A DNA stretch of 32,600 bases, from NCBI GenBank assembly GCA_009780625.1, contig WQZR01000003.1, forward strand, positions 1-32,600, given 5' to 3'. Position numbers and translations under genes: made by a program. The DNA comes from Bacillota bacterium. GTDB lineage: Bacteria; Bacillota; Clostridia; Christensenellales; UBA1242. Positions 1-8,992 of the stretch are shown here, piece by piece. The notes under the pieces were generated by a model. It searched no databases, was not told the DNA's origin, and saw only the letters and a list, made by a program, of their open reading frames with translations. Within the stretch, counting starts at the first letter, position 1. The number at the start of each line of letters is the position of its first letter.

Positions 1-1
1 C

Positions 2-160
2 TCAGATGAACTTATAAAACTGATTGACGAATGGACGGAAGCAAAAAAAGAAGAGAACTATAAGCTTGCCGATGAAATTAGAAACAAAATAGGCGAGATG
101 GGTTTTGACATGCAATATACAAAAGATGGAAAGGTTCAACTTAAGGAAAGAAAGAAATAA
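2..160 (+). CDS. cysS: Cysteinyl-tRNA synthetase, C-terminal end (partial, begins before the window)
   Basis: Not in the ORF track. Frame 2 reads SDELIKLIDEWTEAKKEENYKLADEIRNKIGEMGFDMQYTKDGKV..., matching the CysRS anticodon-binding tail pattern 'AK..KNY..ADEIR..L...G....T.DG'. Stop TAA at 158-160. Confidence 0.8.
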   Translation, partial: SDELIKLIDEWTEAKKEENYKLADEIRNKIGEMGFDMQYTKDGKVQLKERKK

Positions 161-184
161 AAAAAGCACCGTGAGGTGCTTTTT
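160..184. terminator. Bidirectional intrinsic terminator between cysS and divIC
   Basis: AAAAAAGCACC-GTGA-GGTGCTTTTT hairpin flanked by A and T tracts between convergent genes. Confidence 0.85.
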
Positions 185-186
185 GT

Positions 187-444
187 TTAACGTGGTCTTA
201 CAATAATTTCTCCAGGTTTGCCCCAACCTTGTTGACGAGCATGTTGTTCTGCAAGTGTTGAAAGGTTGTTTTGTGCGTCATATATAACAGAGTTTAGATA
301 TGCGTTTCTATCTTGTTTGTCTGAAAGTTCTTTTGAAGCAGTTGCAATTCTCACAAGTTGGAACGTGATTACAACAATCAAAATAGATAGCAACACTGCA
401 ACCCCAACAGCAATTGTGTTTAGAAGCGTTTTAGAATTTTTCAT
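187..444 (-). CDS. divIC: Septum formation initiator, DivIC/FtsB family
   Basis: N-terminal TM helix, coiled coil, and C-terminal 'AR..GW.KPGE' motif; lies directly after yabQ as in Bacillus/Clostridium. Start set at ATG 444 (GGAGG RBS, ATGA overlap with the yabQ stop) rather than TTG 456. Confidence 0.75.
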   Translation of the reverse strand: MKNSKTLLNTIAVGVAVLLSILIVVITFQLVRIATASKELSDKQDRNAYLNSVIYDAQNNLSTLAEQHARQQGWGKPGEIIVRPR

Positions 445-770
445 CTGTTCCTCCAAGTGGTTAGAAATACTTTGATTTTATTATAACAAAAACCAATGAT
501 TTTTCCAAACAATCTGCCGAGCGTGCAAAAACTTGCAGCAAAGCCGATTACTGTTCCAAACAACATATAGAATCTAAACACGCCATGGTTAAGCTCTAGA
601 ACAAACACAAAAAAAGAAAGAGAAACAAGAAAGGCGGAGATTATGGAAACGGAAATAAGCAGCCATTTCTTTTTTTGTTGTATAACAAAATAGTGAGTTA
701 TCCCAAAAACCATTCCAAGCCAAAGAAAAGAAAGAAAGATGATAAATTCGTTTAGCCCAAAAAAATGCAT
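441..770 (-). CDS. yabQ: Spore cortex biosynthesis protein YabQ
   Basis: Three hydrophobic segments with 'NHGVFRFYMLFGTVIG', matching the YabQ 'G..R.Y...G...G' motif; adjacent to yabP and divIC. Confidence 0.75.
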   Translation of the reverse strand: MHFFGLNEFIIFLSFLWLGMVFGITHYFVIQQKKKWLLISVSIISAFLVSLSFFVFVLELNHGVFRFYMLFGTVIGFAASFCTLGRLFGKIIGFCYNKIKVFLTTWRNR

Positions 771-777
771 TAAACAA

Positions 778-806
778 TTATATTAGGAAAACATCAGACA
801 TATACT
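778..806 (+). promoter_or_regulatory. Putative sigmaE promoter for yabP
   Basis: TTATATT-14 nt-CATATACT matches the sigmaE consensus (ATA...cATAcanT); yabP is sigmaE-dependent in B. subtilis. Confidence 0.6.
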
Positions 807-811
807 TTGCT

Positions 812-1087
812 ATGACAACAAACCAAATAAAAAACACAACACATCGTGTGACTTTAACAAATCAAAACAAACTGAGCATAACTGGAGTTAAGAAAGTTAA
901 CCTAACAAGTGAAACGGCAATCAACTGCGAAGTTGAAAACGGTGAGTTTAGCTGTTTTGGTGAAGGACTTCATGTTACGAAAATCGACACCGATGAGGGA
1001 GTGATTGAGGCAGAGGGCTTGGTTTTTGAGTGCAAATATAGTCACAAACGCGAAAAGGTGGGTTTTTTGAAGCGTGTTTTTAAATAA
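812..1087 (+). CDS. yabP: Sporulation protein YabP (YabP/YqfC family)
   Basis: 'HRVTLTNQNKLSITGVKKV...GEGLHVTKIDTDEG.IEAEG....KY...GFLKRVFK' is the typical YabP pattern. Confidence 0.85.
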   Translation: MTTNQIKNTTHRVTLTNQNKLSITGVKKVNLTSETAINCEVENGEFSCFGEGLHVTKIDTDEGVIEAEGLVFECKYSHKREKVGFLKRVFK

Positions 1088-1147
1088 CATTCTTCAAAGT
1101 CTTTACAAAAGATTTAATCTGTATTAAAATTAAAAGAATAAGTTTTT

Positions 1148-1816
1148 ATGGGAACAAAGGATGTGAATATGAGAACAAGAAGATTAGAATTAAAATTTAA
1201 AGTGAAAAAGCTTCCAAGTGTTAAAGGACTAGATTTGGAAGAAGTGGTTTCTCCTTTCAAAAAAGAAATTGAAAGAGACTTCTACTACGACACTCAAGGC
1301 TACGACCTTCTTAAACACGGAAACGTTTTAAGAAACAGAGACAATAGAAGAATTGAGTTTAAACTGCACCTAAGCCCAGTTGAAAAAGTTAGAACACCGA
1401 TTGTTGGTTTTGTGTTCCATACATTCAACAAAAAGAACGCAGAGGTTGCAAAAATTTTCAAAACTCTAAACCTGCCATTCAACGACAAATATAGAGACTT
1501 TAATGATTTCCTTAGAGTAAACAACCTGCGAATTCTTGTTGCGGTAAGCAAAAAGAGAAGACGCTTTAAAGTGAAAGAAGGAATGTTTTTAAACCTAGAT
1601 GAAGTTATTGGACTTGGTTGCTTTGTAGAACTTGAAATTCATAACGCAAATGCTGATGTTCCGGTTTCTGTGTTTAAAGACGAAGCTTTCAAAATTCTGT
1701 CTGAATATGGTTTGGTTGATTCATCTGCTGAATTCATACCGTCAGGTGGGGGTTATGTTGAGCTTTACCTTAAAGCACAAAACCCAGCGGTTTATATGCT
1801 TTCTAAATACAAATAA
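1148..1816 (+). CDS. CYTH domain protein (class IV adenylate cyclase/triphosphate tunnel family)
   Basis: ExK ('LELKFKV'), 'DFYYD', 'LRNR', 'V.KKR..F' and 'LDEV.GLG.FVELE' motifs. Alternative start ATG 1169 follows AAGGA. Confidence 0.8.
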   Translation: MGTKDVNMRTRRLELKFKVKKLPSVKGLDLEEVVSPFKKEIERDFYYDTQGYDLLKHGNVLRNRDNRRIEFKLHLSPVEKVRTPIVGFVFHTFNKKNAEVAKIFKTLNLPFNDKYRDFNDFLRVNNLRILVAVSKKRRRFKVKEGMFLNLDEVIGLGCFVELEIHNANADVPVSVFKDEAFKILSEYGLVDSSAEFIPSGGGYVELYLKAQNPAVYMLSKYK

Positions 1817-1885
1817 ACAAAATGAGGGGTTGCTATTGAAGTGCCCCTTTTTTAGTGGTATACTTTAGCCATTTAAGGAGTGTTT

Positions 1886-3760
1886 ATGACAAGACTAAAG
1901 AAACTTCTATCTATACCTGCAATGCTAATAATTTTTGCGATGGTGATTGTTGCCTGCGGAAACGACAACAACCAGCCATCATCATTCACGGTGACACTGA
2001 CGCAAGGCACAGGCTATTCGATTGTTGCAAAGAACAATGCTTCAACCACAATATCTCGTGGGGGAAGTTTTACGTTTGTTGTTGTGCTTGATGCTGCATA
2101 CACTCAAAGCACGCCATCTGTGAGAGTGAACAACATTCCTGTAAGTCTGACAAATCTCGAGTTTACAATTTCAAACATAACTTCAAACCAAAACGTGACG
2201 GTTGTTGGTGGGTTGGCATTAAACAACTATGTTGTTTCGCTTCCTCAAACGCAAACAGGTTTTAGCTTAACGGCAAAAGACGGAATGTCGACAACTGTGG
2301 AGCACGGTGGTGATTTCACTTTTGTTTTTGAACTAGACTCTGCATATAGTCAAGCAAGCACACCATCTGTGAAAGTGAATAACGTTGAGGTTCTTGATGC
2401 CGACGGTGAATATACAATCGAAAACATCACTGGCGCGAGAAGTGTGACGGTGAGTGGAATTGGTGGTTTAAACAACTATTCTCTAAATCTTACATTTGTT
2501 AACCTAACAAATGGCACAACACATGATGCAATTGAAGTGACTGGAAACAACATTGGTGGCTTTGAAAGTGGTGACACTGCAAATCTAAGCATAACTGAAA
2601 ACCCAGGATTTGAATTTGTTAGATGGACAGGCGACATTGAAAGCACAAACAGAACAATTCAATTTACAGTGACTGGCGATATGGCTCTTGAAATTGAATA
2701 TGAAATGATTCCGTACGATGTTGTATTCATGGACGGAGTTGCTGAAGTTGAAAGACTTCAAGGTGTTATATTTGGTGAAGTTATCACGGTTCCAGGAATG
2801 AATGAAATTCATGACACGCTTCCAGCAATTTTTGTTGGTTTTAGAGATGCTAACAACGAAGAAGCAGGTGCAAATTTAAATGCTTCGATGATTGAGCTTG
2901 AAATTGCTGGCGAGATTATTTACGACGCTAGCTATGCAGAAGTTATTCTAAACTTCGAAGGTGAAGGTTTTAATTTTGATGCAGGAACACTATTGACAAG
3001 AATATTTGTTGAGAGGCTTGGCGATGAAATTGGAACATTCTTTGATGCAATTTTACCTGACGGAGAAAACACAAACCCAGGTTACAAATTTGTTGGCTGG
3101 GAATTTAATGGCACAAAAATAGCAAATGACAATATTTTTGAAATCAGCGACTTTGCGATAAGACTTAACGACGCTGCAGTCATGTTTAGTGGTGTAGACT
3201 GGATTGCGGAAATTTCGTTCCAAGCAATTTGGGAAGCAAATGAAGCACGCGCGTTCTTCTGGTTTAACTTTGAAGACAAAGACGGCAACTATACAGAAGT
3301 TTTCTTAAACGGTCTTGAAGAAAATATTTCAAACGATGATAAGTTTATAAACGGCACACTGCTTGGTGAGGCTCTTAGAATGGCACATGTTGACACAGTT
3401 GGTCCGCTGCCAAGTGAGAAACTTCAGGTTGCTGCAGATGAGGTGGCGTTTGAAAACATAAACAACAGATTTAATGTTCAGGGCTGGGTTGCTGCGATTG
3501 ATGGAGAACTTCACATCTTTGCTGCTGGAAACAACCAAGTTGCAACAGAAACAAACAAAAAGCTCCTTCTTCAATGGGCACACGTTCATCATGAAGTTTT
3601 GCACATGATAACTGGAGACATTGATAAGTTTGCCGAGTTTACAATCAAAGCAGAATTTGAAAACAATTTCCATAGAGTTGATGATTTTGAAATGGTTATT
3701 CTAAACAACATTACAGGTGGGGTGGACGATATTCATTTCTTTGCAATATACTCATTGTAA
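1886..3760 (+). CDS. Surface lipoprotein with tandem beta-rich repeats and InlB B-repeat-like domains
   Basis: Lipobox 'VIVAC' after a basic/hydrophobic signal peptide; two ~82-aa repeats; 'NPGFEFVRW' and 'NPGYKFVGW' B-repeat-like motifs. AAGGAG RBS precedes ATG 1886. Confidence 0.75.
   Translation: MTRLKKLLSIPAMLIIFAMVIVACGNDNNQPSSFTVTLTQGTGYSIVAKNNASTTISRGGSFTFVVVLDAAYTQSTPSVRVNNIPVSLTNLEFTISNITSNQNVTVVGGLALNNYVVSLPQTQTGFSLTAKDGMSTTVEHGGDFTFVFELDSAYSQASTPSVKVNNVEVLDADGEYTIENITGARSVTVSGIGGLNNYSLNLTFVNLTNGTTHDAIEVTGNNIGGFESGDTANLSITENPGFEFVRWTGDIESTNRTIQFTVTGDMALEIEYEMIPYDVVFMDGVAEVERLQGVIFGEVITVPGMNEIHDTLPAIFVGFRDANNEEAGANLNASMIELEIAGEIIYDASYAEVILNFEGEGFNFDAGTLLTRIFVERLGDEIGTFFDAILPDGENTNPGYKFVGWEFNGTKIANDNIFEISDFAIRLNDAAVMFSGVDWIAEISFQAIWEANEARAFFWFNFEDKDGNYTEVFLNGLEENISNDDKFINGTLLGEALRMAHVDTVGPLPSEKLQVAADEVAFENINNRFNVQGWVAAIDGELHIFAAGNNQVATETNKKLLLQWAHVHHEVLHMITGDIDKFAEFTIKAEFENNFHRVDDFEMVILNNITGGVDDIHFFAIYSL
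1982..2480 (+). repeat. Two diverged ~82-aa tandem repeats inside the lipoprotein
   Basis: 'STTISRGGSFTFVVVLDAAYTQSTPSVRVNN...FTISNIT...VTV.G..LNNY' versus 'STTVEHGGDFTFVFELDSAYSQASTPSVKVNN...YTIENIT...VTV.G...LNNY'. Confidence 0.8.
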
Positions 3761-3777
3761 GTGATATAATGGACCTT

Positions 3778-4587
3778 ATGAGAGTTGTTAGTCTTGCAAG
3801 TGGAAGCAAAGGGAACTGCTATTTGGTTTCGCACAATCGTGCTCTTGTTTTGCTTGATGTTGGAATTTCTTATAGCACTCTTGAAATTAAGCTTAGAGAT
3901 TTGGGCGAATCTGTTTCTCAAGTGAATGCAATCTTTCTGACACACTGTCACCACGACCATATTAAAGGACTGGAAGTCCTGCTTAAAAAAATGCCACATA
4001 TTGAGGTTTGGGGAAGTGTTGAATGCATTGCAAGTGTAAAAAGAAAACTTCTTGGAAAGATTAGAACTGAAGCTGTTGATTTTAGAATCATTGAAAAAAG
4101 CAGTTTTTATTATAAAGACTTTTTGGTGTCGGCTTTTTTGGTTCCGCATGATGCGAAGGGAACGCTGGGCTTTTCGTTTTGGCTTGATGGAGAAAATAAG
4201 TTTACGTTAATCACAGATGCGGGCTGTATCACAGAAGAAATGAGAACTGCAGCAATGAGTGCAAAACTTTTGTTTATTGAAAGTAACCACTGTAAAACGC
4301 TTATCAAAGAAACAACAAAATATCCAAAGGTGCTTAAGGATAGAATTCTGAGCGATAAGGGGCATCTTTCAAACTGCACATGTGCTGCGTTTTTGGTTGA
4401 GGTTTTAAAAAAGAGAGAAGATAGAGTGACGTTCTGCCTTTGCCATCTTTCAGAAAACACAAACACAAAGAGTGCAGCAATAGATTGCATTATGTTTGAA
4501 CTGGAATCTAGACAGTTTGTGCTGGGTGTTCATTTTATGCTTGAAGTTCTTTGCCAATATGACACCAGCGAAGTTTTTGAAATATAA
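3778..4587 (+). CDS. yycJ: MBL-fold metallo-hydrolase, YycJ/WalJ family
   Basis: 'LASGSKGNC', 'LTHCHHDHIKG' (HxHxDH), 'PHDA', 'ESNH', 'RI....GHLSN' and 'LCHLSENTN'. Start set at ATG 3778 (the ORF track uses 3769). Confidence 0.85.
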   Translation: MRVVSLASGSKGNCYLVSHNRALVLLDVGISYSTLEIKLRDLGESVSQVNAIFLTHCHHDHIKGLEVLLKKMPHIEVWGSVECIASVKRKLLGKIRTEAVDFRIIEKSSFYYKDFLVSAFLVPHDAKGTLGFSFWLDGENKFTLITDAGCITEEMRTAAMSAKLLFIESNHCKTLIKETTKYPKVLKDRILSDKGHLSNCTCAAFLVEVLKKREDRVTFCLCHLSENTNTKSAAIDCIMFELESRQFVLGVHFMLEVLCQYDTSEVFEI

Positions 4588-4609
4588 ATAGATATGTTAT
4601 ACTAACCTT

Positions 4610-5284
4610 ATGGAAAAGAAAGAAGAAGAAAAAAAAGTTGGCTATCTTATAGCCATTGAATGTATTGATAACAGATTTAGCAAAAGAGTTGGCGAAATGC
4701 TTAACGAGTTTTTTAGAAAGAATAAGCAAAAGTCATCGGTTGCGTTTTTGGCAGGAAAGACTGAATTTGAAGAGCAGCCAAAACAAAAAGACAAAAATAA
4801 AAAAGGTGGCAACAATCAACAAAAGCCACAAGCGGTTGAAAAGCCACTGGGTGAGTTTAATGACAAGCTGAGCCCAATTGCGGTGTATTTAGACTATGGT
4901 GCAAAAGTGGCTGAACTTATTAAAGAAAAAATCAATCCTAAGTTAGACGAAGGTGAAATTGTAATCACACACAACTTTGCAGTTGGCGCAGAAGCGTTTT
5001 TCACATATGGGCTTGGACTTGACTCGAAGAAAGTTAAGAACATAAACAAATGTATATACTCTAAACTTAGACCGGACTATACAATTTTCCTAGACATCTT
5101 TGCAGAACACATTGTTAAAGATGCAAGGCTTAAAGAAAAAATGGAGCTTACATATCTAGGCTATAAGAGGCTTTTAAGAAAAGACAGAAAGCTTTTAATT
5201 GTAAATGCTGAAAACAAAGAAGACGTCATCCTTCTGCACATTGTTGAAAGCCTGACAAAGCGTGGAATTATTGCTAGTGAATAG
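4610..5284 (+). CDS. tmk: Thymidylate kinase-like protein with degenerate P-loop
   Basis: 'GYLIAIECID', 'I.P.LDEGEIVI' and 'RPDYTIFLDI' follow the Tmk fold, and the gene sits directly before holB as tmk normally does. The GxGKT and DR motifs are missing. Confidence 0.65.
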   Translation: MEKKEEEKKVGYLIAIECIDNRFSKRVGEMLNEFFRKNKQKSSVAFLAGKTEFEEQPKQKDKNKKGGNNQQKPQAVEKPLGEFNDKLSPIAVYLDYGAKVAELIKEKINPKLDEGEIVITHNFAVGAEAFFTYGLGLDSKKVKNINKCIYSKLRPDYTIFLDIFAEHIVKDARLKEKMELTYLGYKRLLRKDRKLLIVNAENKEDVILLHIVESLTKRGIIASE

Positions 5285-6086
5285 TCTTCCTTCACAAACA
5301 GAAGAATATAAAAATGCAAAGAAACAGATTGAATCGCTGAAGTTTAGCCATGCCCATTTGATTGAAAGCGATGTTGAAACAGCAAGGGCATATCTTGGAA
5401 TGGTTCTTAAACTTATAATCGAAAACAGCGAGCGTGTTTCGAACCTCGAACACCCAGATATTCAAATATATGCGGGGGAGAGTTTTCTTACAAAAGATTT
5501 AGAACAAATGCTAGACCTTGTTCCGCTTAAGCCAATCGAAGCACCGGCTAAGGCTTTTATTATTTTTGCAAATGGGCTTAGTGCGGTTGTTCAGAACAAA
5601 CTTCTAAAAACTTTGGAAGAGCCACCACAGAACACATATATCTTTATTGTTGCAAAAAACAAGGAGGGGTTCTTGCCAACTGTTCTTTCTAGAACCAACA
5701 AAATCAGTCTTGGAAGAACATATAGTTCTAGCGCAGAAACTGAAATGTTTACTTATGTTATAAGCACGCTTTCAAACATGCAAAAGAGCAGCCAAGTTTT
5801 GAAGTATTCTAGAAACTTTGGAAAACTTAACAAAGACAAACTTGGTGAGATTTTAGATATGTTTGAACAAGTTTTTGAAAGGCTTATTTCTCTACGAGGG
5901 GCAAATGCAACAGACAAGCAATATGCTGCTGTTTTAAAAGACGAAGGGTTTTCGCTTAATGCATTGGCTAAGTGTGTGGTTAGCCTAAAGAAAGCAAAAG
6001 ACCAAAATATGTATAACGTAAACCCAAATGGGGTTTATGATTTATTCTTACTTTCTATACTTGAAAACAAATTTTTAGCACGTTAA
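5262..6086 (+). CDS. holB: DNA polymerase III delta-prime subunit (short form)
   Basis: 'SHAHLI', 'HPDI', 'QNKLLKTLEEPP.NT.IF' and 'LPTVLSR' motifs; tmk-holB-yaaT synteny. Exact start is uncertain. Confidence 0.85.
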   Translation: MELLLVNSLPSQTEEYKNAKKQIESLKFSHAHLIESDVETARAYLGMVLKLIIENSERVSNLEHPDIQIYAGESFLTKDLEQMLDLVPLKPIEAPAKAFIIFANGLSAVVQNKLLKTLEEPPQNTYIFIVAKNKEGFLPTVLSRTNKISLGRTYSSSAETEMFTYVISTLSNMQKSSQVLKYSRNFGKLNKDKLGEILDMFEQVFERLISLRGANATDKQYAAVLKDEGFSLNALAKCVVSLKKAKDQNMYNVNPNGVYDLFLLSILENKFLAR

Positions 6087-6102
6087 ATGGTATACTAGTT
6101 TT

Positions 6103-7128
6103 ATGAATTATTTAGTTAAAACAAAATCATATATAGATGGCGAATTGTTTATGGGAGACAACTTTGAAGTTGGAAACAAAGTTGTTGTTGATTTAAACTC
6201 GGCACAATTTTTGGGCGAGGTTGCTTCAAAAGCAAAAGGCAGAGCAGACAAAACAAACTTTGTTGTGAGAGTTGCAACAAAGGACGATATTGCAATAGAT
6301 AGCGAAAACCAAGAAAGAGCAAAAGAAAGTCTTAAACGTGCAAAAACAATTGCGCTAAACTTCAAGTTGGATTTAAAGCTTCTAGATGCAGAATATTCTT
6401 TGGACCAGTCTAAACTGATTATCACTTTCATAAGTGAAGAGAGGGTGGATTTTAGGGCATACGTAAAAGACCTTGCACAAAAACTTAAAACAAGAATTGA
6501 GTTAAAACAAATTGGTGCAAGAGACGAAGTTTCGCTTGTTGGAGCACTTGGTGCATGCGGACAGATTTGTTGCTGCGTTAGAAAGTTTGGAAAAATGGGT
6601 GCATGCAACAATGGTTGCAGAGCAGGTGAGTGTGGGGCAACATGCGGCAAGTTTCCAGCAGTTTCTGTCAAAATGGCAAAAACGCAAGGGCTTAGCCTTG
6701 CGCCAAATAAAATCAACGGAATGTGTGGAAGGCTTCTTTGCTGCCTTGCGTATGAACAAGAAGACTATGACATCACACTTGCCAAAATGCCAAAACTAAA
6801 CACACAAATAAAAACACCAGATGGCGTTGGGACAGTTGCGTCTGTAAACGCTGTTAAGGAAACGGTTTCTGTAAAATTTTGGAACGAAGATTCGAAGTTG
6901 ACCCGTTTTGAAGAATATACTCTAGAAGATTTGGGAGCCCCAATGCCTGCACCTCAGGCGTCTGAAGCCCCAAAAAAACCAGAGGAAAATTCTCAAAATA
7001 AAAAGCATAACTTCTTTAATAAAAACAAGGATAGAAAAAACCAGCAACCTCAGAAACAAAATAATAACAAAGAGAACAAGAAACCGAAAATATTTAATAT
7101 TCGAATTGGACCTAAAAAAGAGGGATAA
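6103..7128 (+). CDS. yaaT: PSP1 domain protein, RicT/YaaT
   Basis: 'E.RVDFR..VKDLA...KTRIEL.QIG.RDE', 'G.CG..CC' and 'KMAK.QGLSL.P.KING.CGRL.CCL.YE'. Confidence 0.92.
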   Translation: MNYLVKTKSYIDGELFMGDNFEVGNKVVVDLNSAQFLGEVASKAKGRADKTNFVVRVATKDDIAIDSENQERAKESLKRAKTIALNFKLDLKLLDAEYSLDQSKLIITFISEERVDFRAYVKDLAQKLKTRIELKQIGARDEVSLVGALGACGQICCCVRKFGKMGACNNGCRAGECGATCGKFPAVSVKMAKTQGLSLAPNKINGMCGRLLCCLAYEQEDYDITLAKMPKLNTQIKTPDGVGTVASVNAVKETVSVKFWNEDSKLTRFEEYTLEDLGAPMPAPQASEAPKKPEENSQNKKHNFFNKNKDRKNQQPQKQNNNKENKKPKIFNIRIGPKKEG

Positions 7129-7138
7129 AACAATAATT

Positions 7139-7168
7139 AAAAAAACGCCTAATACTAGGCGTTTTTTT
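7139..7168. terminator. Bidirectional intrinsic terminator between yaaT and greA
   Basis: AAAAAAACGCCTA-ATAC-TAGGCGTTTTTTT. Confidence 0.9.
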
Positions 7169-7185
7169 TAGATATTTTATATCTT

Positions 7186-7641
7186 TTATTTAACGTCTAA
7201 TATTTTAACCTGATATTTGCCATTTGCTGTTGCAACAAAAGCGTCTTCGCCTTTTCTCTTGCCCCAAATAGCAGCACCGATTGGGCTTTCGTTAGAAATA
7301 ATTGTTTCGCCATTAGCTTCCAGAATTCCTCTAACTTCATATGTCATCTTTTCGTTTTCTTCAATATCGAGAATAGTAAAAATAGAGCCATAGCCGATTG
7401 TGCCGTCTGTTGCCTTTTTATATACTTTTGCCGTTCTGAGTAGTGCTTCTAGTTCAGCGATGTCTTTATCAAGGTTGTTGATGCTTTCTCTAGCTTCTTG
7501 ATATTCGCTGTTCTCAGATAAATCACCATGCTCTCTAGCTGTTCCCAGTTTTTTAGAGAGGTCTTCTCTGATTGGTCCTTTCATTTCTTTTAGTTTCTCT
7601 TGTTGCAGGTTGAAACCTTCCTGGCTTAGGTAAACTGTCAT
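7186..7641 (-). CDS. greA: Transcription elongation factor GreA
   Basis: 'AREHGDLSENSEY.EA' and 'ISNESPIG.A..GK..G'. AAGGAG RBS lies 6 nt before ATG 7641. Confidence 0.95.
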   Translation of the reverse strand: MTVYLSQEGFNLQQEKLKEMKGPIREDLSKKLGTAREHGDLSENSEYQEARESINNLDKDIAELEALLRTAKVYKKATDGTIGYGSIFTILDIEENEKMTYEVRGILEANGETIISNESPIGAAIWGKRKGEDAFVATANGKYQVKILDVK

Positions 7642-7720
7642 GTATAACTCCTTTTCTGCCACTCAGTTTATATTTGTCGTCAAATAATAAAAAAAGTCCT
7701 TATTACTTGCTGACCCCATT

Positions 7721-7748
7721 ATTATAGTCTATATTTAAAATAAGTCAA
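7721..7748 (-). promoter_or_regulatory. Putative sigmaA promoter for greA
   Basis: TTGACT-16 nt-TATAAT on the minus strand. Confidence 0.65.
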
Positions 7749-7822
7749 CTTATTTCGGGGCTGTCGTAATTTAGACTTTTTTTCTGAAACGAGACACAAG
7801 ATGTTGTGGTATTATTATATAT

Positions 7823-8098
7823 ATGATTAAGCTATGGGTAAAGTTGCATAAAGGTGAAAGACTTGTGAAGAATATCATTCACAAATTTGAGTTGGAAGAC
7901 GGAACAGATTATATCAATGCCGACGATTTTTATAAACAAATTCAAAAGATTTGCGAGGGGCTAGACATTGCAACGCCTGTTGTTCTCTCTGCACATTTTA
8001 ACAACTTTCAACTTTTCAACTTCTGCGAGTTTAAAAAGACAGACTTTGTTGATGAATTTAAGTTCACCAAGATGGTTGTTAGTATAGCCAGGGAGTGA
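7823..8098 (+). CDS. Hypothetical protein
   Basis: 91-aa ORF with host-like composition, preceded by an extended -10 box; no family recognised. Confidence 0.75.
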   Translation: MIKLWVKLHKGERLVKNIIHKFELEDGTDYINADDFYKQIQKICEGLDIATPVVLSAHFNNFQLFNFCEFKKTDFVDEFKFTKMVVSIARE

Positions 8099-8110
8099 TA
8101 GAATAGACTT

Positions 8111-8992
8111 ATGTATATAGACACGCACACACACATTAGAGACCACAACTATACAGTGGAAGAACAAGAAGCAATTATTAAGTCGCTTAAAGACAGCGGC
8201 GTGAGTTTTATTATTGACATTGGAACGGCAATTGAAACAAGTCTAGAATCGATTGAACTGGCTAAAGCACATAAAACAGTTTATGCAACTGTTGGAATTC
8301 ACCCATATGAAATTGTTGAGGGAAGAAGAGAAACTTATGATATAGACGAGAATATTGCAAAGTTAGACGATATTATTAAAAAAGAAAAGAAACATATTGT
8401 TGCAATGGGTGAGATTGGGCTGGATTATCACTATCAAGACTATTCGAGAACAACGCAAATCGAACTTTTTATCAAGCAGTTGGAACTTGCAAAAAAGCAT
8501 GCACTGCCTTTGGTTATTCATCTGAGAAGCGTTGAAGACAACAGAAAGGAATCGAACATTGCAGTAAACCCAAATGAAAACAACGAAGATAATGCTTTCG
8601 CTGACTTTCTAGAAATTGTTAGAACCAGAAGAGAACTGTTTGACACAAAAATTCTTATGCACTGCTATGCAGGAAGTTTGGAATACACAAAAGAAGTTGT
8701 TAAAGAATTAAACCCATACTTCAGTTTTGGGGGAATAATCACGTTTAAAAAAGCAAGAGACAGCAAGGCAGAGATTATAAAAGAAATTGGCTTAAATCGC
8801 ATTATGGCTGAAACAGATTGCCCATATCTAACACCAGAGCCGATGCGTGGGAAATTTAAGAACGAGCCTAAATATGTTTCTTATGTATATAAACGAATTG
8901 CAGAAATATTTGAGTTAGACGAAGAAGTTGTGAAAACAAAAATTTTAGAAAACATAAACGATATGTTTAAATTGGACGGTAAACATGAGTAG
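8111..8992 (+). CDS. tatD: TatD family hydrolase/DNase
   Basis: 'IDTHTH', 'GIHP', 'GEIGLDY', 'IHLR', 'MHCY', 'ETDCPYL.P.P.RGK' and 'NEP'. Confidence 0.95.
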   Translation: MYIDTHTHIRDHNYTVEEQEAIIKSLKDSGVSFIIDIGTAIETSLESIELAKAHKTVYATVGIHPYEIVEGRRETYDIDENIAKLDDIIKKEKKHIVAMGEIGLDYHYQDYSRTTQIELFIKQLELAKKHALPLVIHLRSVEDNRKESNIAVNPNENNEDNAFADFLEIVRTRRELFDTKILMHCYAGSLEYTKEVVKELNPYFSFGGIITFKKARDSKAEIIKEIGLNRIMAETDCPYLTPEPMRGKFKNEPKYVSYVYKRIAEIFELDEEVVKTKILENINDMFKLDGKHE

